Part shown: in pieces, positions 9,576-19,928 of the stretch
How positions within the stretch are numbered: position 1 is the first letter of the stretch
How the letters are laid out: every line of letters starts with the position of its first letter
DNA from: Candidatus Krumholzibacteriia bacterium
GTDB lineage: Bacteria; Krumholzibacteriota; Krumholzibacteriia; JAJRXK01
Reading direction: 5' to 3'
Length of the DNA stretch: 64,000 nucleotides
Assembly (NCBI GenBank): GCA_041484665.1
Contig: JBGPIA010000009.1
Span: forward strand, 64,001-128,000
Program-made: the position numbers and the translations under genes
Notes under the pieces: generated by a model
Told to the model about the DNA's origin: nothing
What the model saw: only the letters and a program-made list of their open reading frames with translations
Databases searched by the model: none

Positions 9576-12500
9576 ATGCGCGACACCACGGCGCCCGCAC
9601 ATCCTATCGCCGCCACGTCTGCGCCGGCTCCTGGCGATGCGGCGGTCTCCGCGCAGGAGTTGCAGCAAGCGCTGGACGGCGTCCGCGCGGTCGAGCCGCT
9701 CTGGCCGCTCCTGCTCCAGGAACAACCGCTGGCGGTCTCCGGACTGCGCGGGAGCGCCGCCGCGTACCTGATCGCGGCGCTGTACCGGGAGCGTCCCGAC
9801 ACCTGGCTGCTGGTGGCGCCCGACCTGCAATCGGCCGAAGCGCTGTGCGACGACCTCGAGACCTGGGGTGTGGGCGCGGTCCACTACCTGTCCGAGCTTG
9901 AGATCCTCCCGTTCGACCGCAAGTCGCCCACCCGCGAGCTCACCGCCACGATCCAGGCCGGGTTGGACCGCCTCGACCGCGGTGAGCCGGGGCTCTACGT
10001 CACGACCGTCTACGGGCTGCGGCACAAGGTCATGGGACGCGACGTGATGCGCCGCAACCGCATCGCGCTGCGGGCCGGCCAGACCCTGCGCACCGAGGAG
10101 CTCGCGCAGCAGCTGGCCCACCTGGGCTACCGTCCCTGCGGCCTGGTGGAGATCCCCGGCGACTTCGCCCTGCGCGGCGGGCTGATCGACGTGTACTCGC
10201 CCAGCCACGAGCTGCCCCTGCGCATCGAGCTGCTCGGCGACCAGGTCGAGTCGATCCGCACCTTCGAGCCGATCGACCAGCGCAGCCGCCAGCTGCTGAC
10301 CGCGGCGACGATCATCCCGGCCGCGCCGCTGGTGGCCGACGACGACACGCTGCTCAACGCGCTGGCGCGCGTGGAGAGCATGGCCGAGATCCCGCCCGAC
10401 GACCGCACGCACCTGCTGGACCGGTTGCAGGACAGGTTGCACTTCACGGGCATCGAGGGGCTCGCCCCCTTCTTCCATCCGCAGGAGACCTATCTCGACT
10501 ACCTGCCCGACGGAGCGACGCTGGTCTGGCTCGCCCCCGACGACCTGGCGCGGCGCAGCGAGGAGCTCGACCTGGAGACCGCCCGCGTGCGCGCCGACCG
10601 CATCCGGCGCGGCGATCCCGTGCCGAGGGCGGAGGAGCTCATGGCACCGGCCGAGGAGCTGGCGCGCCATGCCCTGCGCCTGCGGCCGCTCTGGCTGGCA
10701 GAGGTCGTGCTGCCAGGCGCAGCGCCCACGCCGCTGGGTCCGGGGGCGCACGACGCGCTGGTGCGAGTGCAGACGCACGGGCAGGAGCGGGGCAACGGAG
10801 ACGTCGCGGCGCTGCTGGCCACGGCCGCGCGCTGCATCCAGGAACGATCACGAGCGCTGTTGTTCTGCGACAACCGCGGCCAGGTGCAGCGCCTGGGCGA
10901 GCTGATCGAGGAGCAGGACCCCGCCCTCTCCACCGCGCGTCCCAGCCTGCGCGTCGGCCTGCTGACGGGGGGCTTCGTGTGGACGCAGGCGCGGCTCGCC
11001 TGCTTCACCGATCACGAGCTGTTCGACCGCTACCACCGCCGCGCCCGCAAGCCGCGCTTCCGCGGCGCGGGGCGCGTCTGTGATCCGACGGCGCTGCGCC
11101 CCGCAGACTACGTCGTGCACGTCGACCACGGCATCGGGCGCTTTCTGGGACTGCGCGTCATCACCGCCGAGGGGATCCGCAGCGAGTGCCTGCTGCTGGA
11201 GTACGCCGACGGCGACCGACTCTACCTGCCGACGGCCAACCTGCTGCTCCTGGAGCGCTACGAGGTGAGCGAGGGGCAAGAGCCCCAGCTGCACAAGCTG
11301 GGCAGCGGGCAGTGGGAGCGGACCAAGACCCGCGCCCGCAAGGCGATCGCCGCCACCGCCCAGGAGCTGCTCGCGCTCTACGCCGCGCGGGCCCTGCTGC
11401 CGGGCGTCGCCTTCCCACACGACGACCACCTGCAGCAGGAGATGGAGAGCTCGTTCATCCACGAGGAGACGCCCGACCAGCTCGCGGCCGTGGGCGCCGT
11501 CAAGGGCGACATGGAGCAGCCGCGCCCGATGGACCGCCTGCTGTGCGGCGACGTGGGCTTCGGCAAGACCGAGGTGGCGATCCGTGCGGCGTTCAAGGCG
11601 GTCATGGCCGGCCACCAGGTGGCGCTGTTGTGCCCCACGACCATCCTGGCCGAGCAGCACGGAACCACCTTCACCGAGCGCCTGCGCGACTACCCCGTGA
11701 ACCTGGCGGTGATCAGCCGCTTCCGCTCGCCCAAGGAGCAGAAGGCGATCCTGCAGCGCTTGCGCGAGGGCTGCATCGACATCCTGATTGGAACCCATCG
11801 CTTGCTGCAACGCGACGTCGAGTTCCGCAAGCTCGGTCTGCTCGTGATCGACGAGGAGCACCGCTTCGGCGTGCGCGCCAAGGAGCGCCTCAAGGCGATG
11901 CGCAAGGAGGTGGACGTGCTGTCCATGACCGCCACCCCCATCCCGCGCACGCTGCACCTGGCGTTGATGGGGGCGCGGGACATGTCCATCATCGCCACGC
12001 CGCCCCGCGATCGCCTTCCCATCCACACCGAGGTGGTGCCCTTCTCCGAGGAGATGATCGAGGAGGCGATCCTGCGCGAGATGCACCGCGGCGGGCAGGT
12101 CTTCTTCGTGCACAACCGGGTCGAGACCATCGACGCCATGGCCGGGATCGTCGGCCGCATCGTGCCCACCGCCCGCATCGCGGTGGCCCACGGTCAGATG
12201 GTCGAGGCGCAGCTCGAGACGATCATGCGCGACTTCCTGAGCCGAGCGCACGACGTGCTGGTCTCGACCATGATCATCGAGAGCGGGCTGGACATGCCCA
12301 ACGTGAACACCATCCTGATCGACCGCGCCGACCGCCTGGGGTTGAGCCAGCTCCACCAGCTGCGCGGCCGCGTCGGGCGCAGCCGCCACCGGGCCTACGC
12401 GTACCTGATGGTGCCGTCGGGGGAGACGCTGGCCCAGGACGCCCGGCGGCGCCTGGCCGCCATCGAGGAGTTCACCGACCTGGGCAGCGGCTACCACGTC

Positions 12501-13103
12501 GCGATGCGCGACCTGGAGATCCGCGGCGCCGGGAACATCCTGGGCGAGGCCCAGCACGGCCACATCACTGCGATCGGCTTCGATCTCTACTGCAAGCTGC
12601 TCGAGGAGGAGATCCTCGAGCTGAAAGGGGAGGGCCGGCCCAAGCTGCACGAGGTCCAGGTCGACCTGAAGGTTCCGGCATTCTTGCCCGACGAGTACGT
12701 GGCCGACCCGCAGGAGAAGATACGCTGCTACCGCGAGCTGTCCCGGGTGGAGGACGAACGTGCCCTCGACGGGCTGGTGGAGGAGCTGCGGGACCGTTTC
12801 GGGCGGCCTCCCGCCGAGGCGCGCAATCTGGCGGACGTCACCCGCATCAAGCTGCGGGCGCTGGCCACCGGCGTGGCGGACGTGCGCGGCGGGCGCAAGG
12901 GCGTGCGGATGCTTTTCAGTAGCGACCGCCAGCCCGGCTCCTCTATCCTCAGACGCTTGATCGGAACCGGAGTGCCGAGGCTGACGTTCAACGCAGTCGA
13001 CCGACTGACGATGACCGTGGAGGCGCCTCGGGAGGAATGGATCGCGGCCGTCCTCGCCGTGCTCGGGCAGCTCGCGGACCTGATGGCCGGAGCCGCAGCC
13101 TAG
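9576..13103 (+). CDS. mfd: Transcription-repair coupling factor
   Basis: UvrB-like module (GDFALRGGLIDVY), RID VVHVDHGIG, CGDVGFGKTEVA, DEEHRFGV, TATPIPRTL, QLRGRVGR, DLEIRGAGNILG, C-terminal TRCF domain. Confidence 0.97.
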   Translation: MRDTTAPAHPIAATSAPAPGDAAVSAQELQQALDGVRAVEPLWPLLLQEQPLAVSGLRGSAAAYLIAALYRERPDTWLLVAPDLQSAEALCDDLETWGVGAVHYLSELEILPFDRKSPTRELTATIQAGLDRLDRGEPGLYVTTVYGLRHKVMGRDVMRRNRIALRAGQTLRTEELAQQLAHLGYRPCGLVEIPGDFALRGGLIDVYSPSHELPLRIELLGDQVESIRTFEPIDQRSRQLLTAATIIPAAPLVADDDTLLNALARVESMAEIPPDDRTHLLDRLQDRLHFTGIEGLAPFFHPQETYLDYLPDGATLVWLAPDDLARRSEELDLETARVRADRIRRGDPVPRAEELMAPAEELARHALRLRPLWLAEVVLPGAAPTPLGPGAHDALVRVQTHGQERGNGDVAALLATAARCIQERSRALLFCDNRGQVQRLGELIEEQDPALSTARPSLRVGLLTGGFVWTQARLACFTDHELFDRYHRRARKPRFRGAGRVCDPTALRPADYVVHVDHGIGRFLGLRVITAEGIRSECLLLEYADGDRLYLPTANLLLLERYEVSEGQEPQLHKLGSGQWERTKTRARKAIAATAQELLALYAARALLPGVAFPHDDHLQQEMESSFIHEETPDQLAAVGAVKGDMEQPRPMDRLLCGDVGFGKTEVAIRAAFKAVMAGHQVALLCPTTILAEQHGTTFTERLRDYPVNLAVISRFRSPKEQKAILQRLREGCIDILIGTHRLLQRDVEFRKLGLLVIDEEHRFGVRAKERLKAMRKEVDVLSMTATPIPRTLHLALMGARDMSIIATPPRDRLPIHTEVVPFSEEMIEEAILREMHRGGQVFFVHNRVETIDAMAGIVGRIVPTARIAVAHGQMVEAQLETIMRDFLSRAHDVLVSTMIIESGLDMPNVNTILIDRADRLGLSQLHQLRGRVGRSRHRAYAYLMVPSGETLAQDARRRLAAIEEFTDLGSGYHVAMRDLEIRGAGNILGEAQHGHITAIGFDLYCKLLEEEILELKGEGRPKLHEVQVDLKVPAFLPDEYVADPQEKIRCYRELSRVEDERALDGLVEELRDRFGRPPAEARNLADVTRIKLRALATGVADVRGGRKGVRMLFSSDRQPGSSILRRLIGTGVPRLTFNAVDRLTMTVEAPREEWIAAVLAVLGQLADLMAGAAA

Positions 13104-13197
13104 TCCGGCGGGGGCCTCCCGTGCGCCGCCACCCGGCTTGCGACACTTCGAGTGTCCCAGCGTGGATCGGCGCCCACCCACCATCCCAGGAGTTGAC

Positions 13198-15129
13198 ATG
13201 CTCGTGGATCGCCATCTGACGGCTCGGCCCGCGTTGTCCTGCGATCGGCTGCAGCGCGTGGCGCGCAGCGCGGGGGCTGTGGCCGTCGGCCGCCTGGCGC
13301 TCGCTCTGGCGCTCTTCGTCGCCGCCTTGGCGCTGCTGGCCGGCTGCGCGAAGAAGGACAAGAACGAGATCCCCGTGGCCAAGATCCAGGACCGGGTGGT
13401 CTCGCTGGCCTACTACGAGCGCAAGCTCAACGGGATCGACCAACGATTCCTGCCGTCGGACATCCAGACCCACGAGGGTCGGATGAAGTTCCTCGACACC
13501 ATCGTCGAGAAGGAGGTGATGGCGATCAAGGCGGAGGAGCTGGGGTTCGCCGCGAACCCAAAGGTCCAGCAGACGGCGAGCGCCGTCAGCCAGCTCAAGA
13601 GCGTGACGCTCATGAAGGAGGATGTGGTCAAGCCGGCACAGGACGTCACGGAGCAGGAGACCCAGGAGTACTACGAGAACTTCGGGCGCAACCTCCGTGT
13701 CAGCTGCATGGTGTTCGACCACCTCGAGCAGGCGCAGAAGGCCAAGAAGCTGGTGGAGGGTGGGGAGGACTGGTTAACGGTGGCGCGCCGCATGAGCGTC
13801 GGTCCCGTGGGCCCCAACAATAACTACACCATGACCATGAAGTACGGGACCGTCGCCGACGATCTGGAGAAGGCTGTCTTCGCCCTAGACGTCGACCAGG
13901 TCTCCGATCCGATCCCGTCCTACTACGGCTTCTTCCTCGTCCGCCTCGACGGCCAGGTGATGGAGCGCGTGGAGCCGCTGGACAAGCTGCGGGACACGAT
14001 CGTCGCCAGCGTGCGCAAGTCGAAGGCCGAGCTGCTGACCCTCGACTTCATCCACAAGGTCTTCGACGAGTACCGCTTCACCATCGACGAGGCGGTGCTG
14101 GACACGCTGTTCGCCATGCTGCCCCAGGACGTCGAGCTAATCCCGCCGAAGAAGCCCGAGGAGATGGAGCCGTTGCACATCCCGCCCGACCTGCTGGACA
14201 AGGTGCTCATGAGCTATGCCGACCAGACCTGGACTCTGGAGCGCTACCAGCAGTTGTACTCCACGATGAGCAGCCTCGGACGGCCGCGCCGGGAGCACCG
14301 CCTGGGCGGACTGCGCCGCTCCCTGCAGGAGATCGCCATCCGCGAGCTGATGCCGATGGCGGCCAAGGGGCGCGGCTACCTGGAGCGCGCCGAGGTCCAG
14401 GACGAGCTGAAGCTGCGCCGCGAGCAGAACATGGTCACGCTGCTGCACGACGAGCTGATCATGAAGGAGGTCAAGGTCCAGCCCAGCGACGTCGACACCT
14501 TCTGGGCCAAGCATAGCGCGGAGTTCCGCCGGCCCGAAACGCGCGAGCTGTATCTGCTGGCCGCCGACACCGAGGACCAGGCGCGCGCGGCGGTGGTCAA
14601 AGCGCGCCAGGGGCAGGAGTGGTCGAAGCTGGTCGAGGAGTACGTCCCAGCGCCGCTGCGCCAGCAGAGCGCCCAGGCCATCACCTACCGCAAGACCGAC
14701 AGAGGGATCCTCCCGGAGATGGCGTTCTCCGTCCCGAACGAAGGCGGCGTGAGCGAGCCGCGCGAGACGCTCGACCATCGCTGGGCGGTGGTGAAGGTCC
14801 TCCACATCACCTCCGAGCACGACCCCACCTTGGAGGAGGCCCGCGAATCTGTAGGCAAAGTGGTGGAGGCGCGCATGGCCGATGCCCTCTTCCAGCAGAA
14901 AGTCTCCGAGTGGAAGGCCGGCATGAAGATCAAGCTCTACCCGCGCAACGTGGACAAGGCCGTGCTGTCACGCACGGAAGGGGCGGCCACCTCCGGCGCC
15001 GCCAGCGGTGCGGCCGGCCCGGCCGCGGCCGGCAGCTCCACGGGGGCCCCGGGCGGCGCCGCGCCGGCGCGCGGCGCGCGAGGAAGCAGCGCGGCCAGCA
15101 CGCCGCTGCAGGGATCCTCCATTCCATGA
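13198..15129 (+). CDS. Parvulin/PpiC-type peptidyl-prolyl isomerase lipoprotein with two rotamase-like repeats
   Basis: Lipobox LLAG/C; SurA-like N-terminal helices (FLDTIVEKEVMAIKAEELG); EKAVFAL..DQVSDPI.SYYGFFLV; second repeat VSEP...WAVVKV. SD CAGGAG. Confidence 0.8.
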   Translation: MLVDRHLTARPALSCDRLQRVARSAGAVAVGRLALALALFVAALALLAGCAKKDKNEIPVAKIQDRVVSLAYYERKLNGIDQRFLPSDIQTHEGRMKFLDTIVEKEVMAIKAEELGFAANPKVQQTASAVSQLKSVTLMKEDVVKPAQDVTEQETQEYYENFGRNLRVSCMVFDHLEQAQKAKKLVEGGEDWLTVARRMSVGPVGPNNNYTMTMKYGTVADDLEKAVFALDVDQVSDPIPSYYGFFLVRLDGQVMERVEPLDKLRDTIVASVRKSKAELLTLDFIHKVFDEYRFTIDEAVLDTLFAMLPQDVELIPPKKPEEMEPLHIPPDLLDKVLMSYADQTWTLERYQQLYSTMSSLGRPRREHRLGGLRRSLQEIAIRELMPMAAKGRGYLERAEVQDELKLRREQNMVTLLHDELIMKEVKVQPSDVDTFWAKHSAEFRRPETRELYLLAADTEDQARAAVVKARQGQEWSKLVEEYVPAPLRQQSAQAITYRKTDRGILPEMAFSVPNEGGVSEPRETLDHRWAVVKVLHITSEHDPTLEEARESVGKVVEARMADALFQQKVSEWKAGMKIKLYPRNVDKAVLSRTEGAATSGAASGAAGPAAAGSSTGAPGGAAPARGARGSSAASTPLQGSSIP

Positions 15130-16601
15130 GTCTGCGTCGCGGTGGCCGGGTCAGCGGGCCGGGCGCGGCGATCGCCATGGCGGTCGCCGTGGCGGTGGCC
15201 GCGGCGATCGCGGCGCTCGCCGCGCCCGGGAGCGCTCCCGTCGAGTCCCACCCAGAGCCGCCGCAGGCGACCCCGCCGGCGGGCTCCCCTGCGGCCCCGG
15301 CCGCGCGTTCCGCCGCGGATTCGGCAGCGGCCCAACCCGCGCCGCCGTCAACCGAGGGGCCAGTCGGGAGCAGCCCCCAGCTCGTCGACCGCGTGGTGGC
15401 GATGGTCGACGAGGAGCCGATCCTGCTCAGCGACCTGGAGCGCGAGGTCGAGAGCTACAAGTTCGACGCGGAGGCGTCCGGGCAGAAGGTCGACGCGGAC
15501 CCCGCGCAGCTGCGCAAGCAGATGCTCGACCGCCTGATCGAGGTCAAGCTGCTGGTGGCCCAGGCGAAGCTCGACGGGATCACACTGGGCGACCAGGAGC
15601 TGGAGCAGGCGGTCTCCCGCTCCATGGACGACATGATCACCCGCTTCGGCAGCCGCCGGAACCTCGAGCGCGAGCTGGAGCGCAGCAGGATGACCTACGG
15701 TGATCTCGAGGCGCGCAACCGCGAGCTGATCCGCAACCGCCTGTACACCTCGCGCATCGTCGCGACCCACATCCGCCCTCTGGTGGAGGTGCGCGCGGAC
15801 GAAGTGCGCAAGTACTACGAGGATCACAAGGACCAGGTCCCGCGCCGCCCCGCGAGGGTGAAGCTCGCGAACGTCCTGGTGGTGCCGCAGCCCTCCGAGC
15901 AGGCGCAGGTGGTGATCAAGGACGCGCTGGCGAAGATCCAGGCGGATCTCGGCAAGGGGGTAGCCTTCGAGGACGTCGCGCGCAGCTACTCGCAGGACGC
16001 CAACGCCACAGGCGGCGGCCACCTGGGGACCTTCGCCAAGGGAGACCTCTTCAACGGGTTGCTGGAGGATGCCGCTTGGAGCCAGCCGGTGGGCGTGGTG
16101 GGTCAACCCATCACCACCGAGATCGGCGTCCACCTACTGCGCGTGGACTCGCGCACCAACGATGAGGTAACGCTGTCGCAGATCATGCTGCGTCTGACCA
16201 TCACCGACCCCGAGCGGGAGCGGGCGGCGGCGCGGGCCAAGGAGGTCGCGGCGCTGGCGGCGCAAGGCCGGGATTTTGCCGAGCTGGCTAGAATGTATTC
16301 GGACGATCCCACCAGCCGGGAGAAGGGAGGCGAGCTGGGGGAGTTCGCCGTTGACCAGCTTACCCCGCAGTTCCGCGAAGCCCTGCGCGACCTGCCGGTG
16401 GGGGGCGTGGCCGATCCGGTGAAGGGGGCAGCCGGCTACTTCGTGCTGAAGCTGCTCGATCGCACGGAGGCGCGCACGCCTTCCTTCGAGGAAGTGGCGC
16501 CCCAGCTGCACGACGTCGTCCAGGACCAGAAGATCGAGGCGGAGCTGCAGAAGTTCCTGGCGGGGCTGCGCAGCAAGTTCTACATCGACGTCAAGAGCTG
16601 A
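15126..16601 (+). CDS. surA: SurA-like periplasmic chaperone/PPIase
   Basis: LVDRVVAMVDEEPILLSD (SurA N domain); two PpiC domains (FEDVARSYSQD..GGHLG; FAELARMYSDDP.S.EKGGELG). Confidence 0.85.
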   Translation: MSLRRGGRVSGPGAAIAMAVAVAVAAAIAALAAPGSAPVESHPEPPQATPPAGSPAAPAARSAADSAAAQPAPPSTEGPVGSSPQLVDRVVAMVDEEPILLSDLEREVESYKFDAEASGQKVDADPAQLRKQMLDRLIEVKLLVAQAKLDGITLGDQELEQAVSRSMDDMITRFGSRRNLERELERSRMTYGDLEARNRELIRNRLYTSRIVATHIRPLVEVRADEVRKYYEDHKDQVPRRPARVKLANVLVVPQPSEQAQVVIKDALAKIQADLGKGVAFEDVARSYSQDANATGGGHLGTFAKGDLFNGLLEDAAWSQPVGVVGQPITTEIGVHLLRVDSRTNDEVTLSQIMLRLTITDPERERAAARAKEVAALAAQGRDFAELARMYSDDPTSREKGGELGEFAVDQLTPQFREALRDLPVGGVADPVKGAAGYFVLKLLDRTEARTPSFEEVAPQLHDVVQDQKIEAELQKFLAGLRSKFYIDVKS

Positions 16602-16608
16602 GGCGTCC

Positions 16609-16625
16609 GTGGCCTCATGATTGCA
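16609..16625 (+). promoter_or_regulatory. Putative sigma54 (-24/-12) promoter upstream of ftsE
   Basis: GTGGCCTCATGATTGCA: GG-N10-GC with TGGC...TTGCA. Confidence 0.5.
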
Positions 16626-16687
16626 AGCAGGGTCGAGGAAGGGCCCGCCGCCGGGCGCGCGACCCACTGCGGCCCCCAAGCGACGAC

Positions 16688-17605
16688 ATGGCCTCCAACC
16701 GCCAGGCAGATCCCGCTCCCGCGCCGCAGTCCGGCCCGCTCCCGCCGCCGGCCCTGGACCCGCGTACGATCATCTCCTTCTATCACGTGGACGTCGAGTA
16801 CGGCGGCCACTACGCCCTGCGCGACGTCACGCTGCCGGTGGCCAACGGCGAGTTTCTGTTCGTGGTCGGGCCCTCGGGCGCCGGCAAGTCGACGCTGCTG
16901 CGGCTGATCATGATGGACGAGCTGCCCACCGCAGGGCAGGTCGTCGTCGGCACCTATCTCAGCACCCGCATCCGCCGCGCGCAGATCCCGGTGCTGCGGC
17001 GCTCGATCGGCGTGGTGTTCCAGGACTTCCGCCTGTTGGAAGACCGCAACGTCCAGGACAACGTGGCCTTCGCCCAGATGGTGACCGGCGTCTGCGGCGC
17101 CGAGTCCAAGCGCAATGTCGCCCGCGTGCTCAACTGGGTCGGGCTGTACCACAAGCGCCACCAGAGCGTGCGCACGCTGTCCGGCGGCGAGCAGCAACGC
17201 GTAGCCATCGCGCGCGCCATCGTCAACAGCCCCAAGATCCTGCTGGCCGACGAGCCCACCGGCAACCTCGACCCGGAGATCGCCCGGGAGATCCTCGACC
17301 TGCTGTTCAAGATCAACGCCGGCGGCGCGGCGGTGATCATGGCCACCCACGACCACGCGCTGGTGCGGAAGTTCGGCCGGCGCGTCGTCAGCCTGCAGGA
17401 CGGACAGATCACCGCCGACGTCGAGCGGCCCCGCGCCGATCGGCCCGCGGACGAGCAACGCTCGCCGGCGCGGTCAACGGCGAGCCCGCTGCCGGGGGCA
17501 CAGCCGCGGGAGGCGCCCCAGCGCTGGGACGCGGGAGTGCTGGAAGTCGTCGACCCCGCGGGGCCGGCCTCCTCCCTGCGCGAGCAGCAAGATGGGGGGC
17601 GCTGA
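16688..17605 (+). CDS. ftsE: Cell division ABC ATPase FtsE
   Basis: GPSGAGKS, LRRSIGVVFQDFRLL, LSGGEQQRVAIARA, LLADEPTGNLD, MATHD; precedes ftsX. Confidence 0.93.
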   Translation: MASNRQADPAPAPQSGPLPPPALDPRTIISFYHVDVEYGGHYALRDVTLPVANGEFLFVVGPSGAGKSTLLRLIMMDELPTAGQVVVGTYLSTRIRRAQIPVLRRSIGVVFQDFRLLEDRNVQDNVAFAQMVTGVCGAESKRNVARVLNWVGLYHKRHQSVRTLSGGEQQRVAIARAIVNSPKILLADEPTGNLDPEIAREILDLLFKINAGGAAVIMATHDHALVRKFGRRVVSLQDGQITADVERPRADRPADEQRSPARSTASPLPGAQPREAPQRWDAGVLEVVDPAGPASSLREQQDGGR

Positions 17606-18477
17606 TGTACAACGCCACGCAGGTGCGCTTCCTGCTGGGCGAGTCGGCCGCTGGGCTGCTGCGCCGGCGGATCAGCGGCACGGTCGCGATCCTGATCATG
17701 GGTAGCTCGCTGCTGATGCTGGCGATCTTCAGTCTGTTCACCATCAATCTCGACCGCCTGCTGCAGTCGGTGCGCAGCGGCATCGACATCACCGTATACC
17801 TGAGCGACGACGTGACCGAGGAGCAGCGCCAGTCCCTCCACGACGATCTGCTGCACATCGATGGCGTGCTGGGCGTGAGCTACGCCAGCCGCGAGCAGGC
17901 GCTGGAGGGTTTCCGCCAGGATCTGGGTGACGACGCCGATCTGCTGGATGCCCTGGCCGTCAACCCCCTGCCCGCAAGTTTCCGTCTGCGCCTGGCGCCG
18001 CGCCTGCAGAGCTCGGGCAAGGTGGCCGACCTCTGCCACACGCTCGGGCAGTACCCCGGCGTGGAGGAGGCCGCGGCCCAGGTGGAGTGGATCCGCCGCC
18101 TCGACCGTCTGGCCGCGGCATTCGCGGTGGTGACCGTCATCATCGGCGTGCTGGTCCTGCTCTCGGCGCTGTTCGTCGTGAGCAACACCGTCAAGCTCAC
18201 CATCGAGGAGGGCGCCCGCCGCATGGAGATCATGAAGCTCGTGGGCGCCACCAACTGGTTCATCCGCACTCCGTACCTGCTCAGCGGAGCGCTGCAGGGC
18301 GCGGCGGCGGGAGTCCTGGCCATGGGGATCCTGTTGCTCGCGCACCGGGTGCTGGCCCGCCAGGTGCAGGGCGTCTTCTTCTTCGCGCTGGGCCAGATCC
18401 TCGGCTTCGTGGCCCTCAGCACCCTGCTGGGCATGGCCGGCAGCTACACGGCGCTGCGGCGCCACCTGCGCCTGTAG
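17605..18477 (+). CDS. ftsX: Cell division permease FtsX
   Basis: Four TM segments, NPLPASF, VSNTVKLTI...EIMKLVGATNWFIRTPY; start overlaps the ftsE stop (TGATG). Confidence 0.92.
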   Translation: MYNATQVRFLLGESAAGLLRRRISGTVAILIMGSSLLMLAIFSLFTINLDRLLQSVRSGIDITVYLSDDVTEEQRQSLHDDLLHIDGVLGVSYASREQALEGFRQDLGDDADLLDALAVNPLPASFRLRLAPRLQSSGKVADLCHTLGQYPGVEEAAAQVEWIRRLDRLAAAFAVVTVIIGVLVLLSALFVVSNTVKLTIEEGARRMEIMKLVGATNWFIRTPYLLSGALQGAAAGVLAMGILLLAHRVLARQVQGVFFFALGQILGFVALSTLLGMAGSYTALRRHLRL

Positions 18478-18487
18478 GAGTGCAACC

Positions 18488-19927
18488 GTGCGCCGGTGCG
18501 CCGCTCGCTTTCGCCCCGCGTCGCTGGCGCAGTTGCCAGCGTCGAGGGCGAGCAGGCCGCTGCCGCCGCGGGTGAGGCTGCTCGTGGTGCTGCTTCTTTC
18601 GCCGTCCCTGCCGGCATTCCCTGCTTCGGGGCTGCTGCCGCTCGTTTCCGCCGCGCGCGCGCAGGCCCCTGGCACGCCGCCTGGGTCCCGCGTGACTTCG
18701 GCCACCGTGCCCTGGCCCGCCGAGCCGAACAGTTTGCCGAGCTCCGAGCGCCCGGTTGACTCCATCGGCCAAGTCGACTCCGCCAGCGCGCAGCGCGCAG
18801 CGGGCCCGGCCGCGCTCTCTCCCGCCGCGGCGGAGAAGGAGCGCGAGCTGCGCGAGCTGCGCGCTCGGATCGCCGAGACGCGCGCCCGCGCCACGGCGCT
18901 GGCCGACGACGAGAAGGGGCAGGTGGCGCGGTTGCACGCCCTGGAGCGCGAGGCCGACTACACCGCGACGCTCTTGGGCAAGCTGGCCGACAAGCAGTCG
19001 TCGCTGGAGACGCGCGCCGACTCGCTGCAGGGGGAGATCGGCGTCACGCAGTCGCGCCTGGCCGATCGGCGCGCGCACCTGGCGCAGCGCCTGCGGCAGA
19101 TGTACAAGCAGGGCCGCCACCACACCCTGGCGCTGATGCTCACCAGCGCGACGCTCGACGAGCTGGCGGCGCGCATGAAGGCCCAGACCGAGATCGCCCG
19201 CGCCGAGCAGCGCCTCATCGACGACGTGGTGCATACGCAATGGCAGCTGCGCGACCGGCGCTTGCAGCTCGACCGCAGTCTGGCGGAGGTCTACCGCACC
19301 CGCAGCGAGGTGGAGGACCGCAAGCTGGAGCTGCAGGGATTGCAGGACGAGCGCCGCGAGGCGGTGGAGTTGGTGCGGCGCGAGCGGCAGCACTTCGAGA
19401 GCAGTGTCACGGAGCTGGAGGAGGCCGCCCGCGCCATGGAATCGCTGGTGTCCGAGCTGCAGCGCCGGCGCGAGGAGAGCGGCACGCCCGCCCCGTCTAC
19501 CCACTTTTCCGTCCAGCAGGGGCGTCTGCCGTGGCCCGTCCTGGGGAAGATCATCAAGCCCTTCGGGAAGTCGGTGCACCCTCAGTTCAAGACGGTGGTG
19601 ATGAACAAGGGGATCAACATCTCGTCCGCCGCGGGCACCCCCATCACCGCCGTGGCCCAAGGCGTGGTGGAGTACGTGGACTGGCTTCCCGGCTACGGAA
19701 AGTGCATCATCGTGAACCACGGCGACGGCTACTACACGCTGTACGCCCACGCGAGCAACATCTTCTTCAGCCCGGGAGCCCAAGTGCAGCGCGGCGAGGT
19801 CATTGGCGAGGTCGGCGACACCGGCTCGCTCAACGGCAGCCAGCTCTACTTCGAGATCCGTCAGGGCAAGCAGGCGCTCGACCCGGCCGCATGGCTGCTC
19901 GGCACGGGTCAGGCCCGCACTCCCTGA
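18488..19927 (+). CDS. envC: EnvC-like murein hydrolase activator (coiled coil + M23)
   Basis: Long coiled coil, then GRLPWPVxG, NKGINI, YGKCIIVNHGDGYYTLYAH, LYFEIR (degenerate M23 as in EnvC); follows ftsEX. Start uncertain. Confidence 0.88.
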   Translation: MRRCAARFRPASLAQLPASRASRPLPPRVRLLVVLLLSPSLPAFPASGLLPLVSAARAQAPGTPPGSRVTSATVPWPAEPNSLPSSERPVDSIGQVDSASAQRAAGPAALSPAAAEKERELRELRARIAETRARATALADDEKGQVARLHALEREADYTATLLGKLADKQSSLETRADSLQGEIGVTQSRLADRRAHLAQRLRQMYKQGRHHTLALMLTSATLDELAARMKAQTEIARAEQRLIDDVVHTQWQLRDRRLQLDRSLAEVYRTRSEVEDRKLELQGLQDERREAVELVRRERQHFESSVTELEEAARAMESLVSELQRRREESGTPAPSTHFSVQQGRLPWPVLGKIIKPFGKSVHPQFKTVVMNKGINISSAAGTPITAVAQGVVEYVDWLPGYGKCIIVNHGDGYYTLYAHASNIFFSPGAQVQRGEVIGEVGDTGSLNGSQLYFEIRQGKQALDPAAWLLGTGQARTP

Positions 19928-19928
19928 G

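Noticed and set aside
5874..10778. 1634-aa minus-strand ORF, and similar long ORFs at 33574-38082, 38539-42387, 51066-53840 and 54506-57817
   Set aside because: R/A/G/P-rich with no motifs, lying antisense to well-supported genes; expected from stop-codon scarcity in high-GC DNA.
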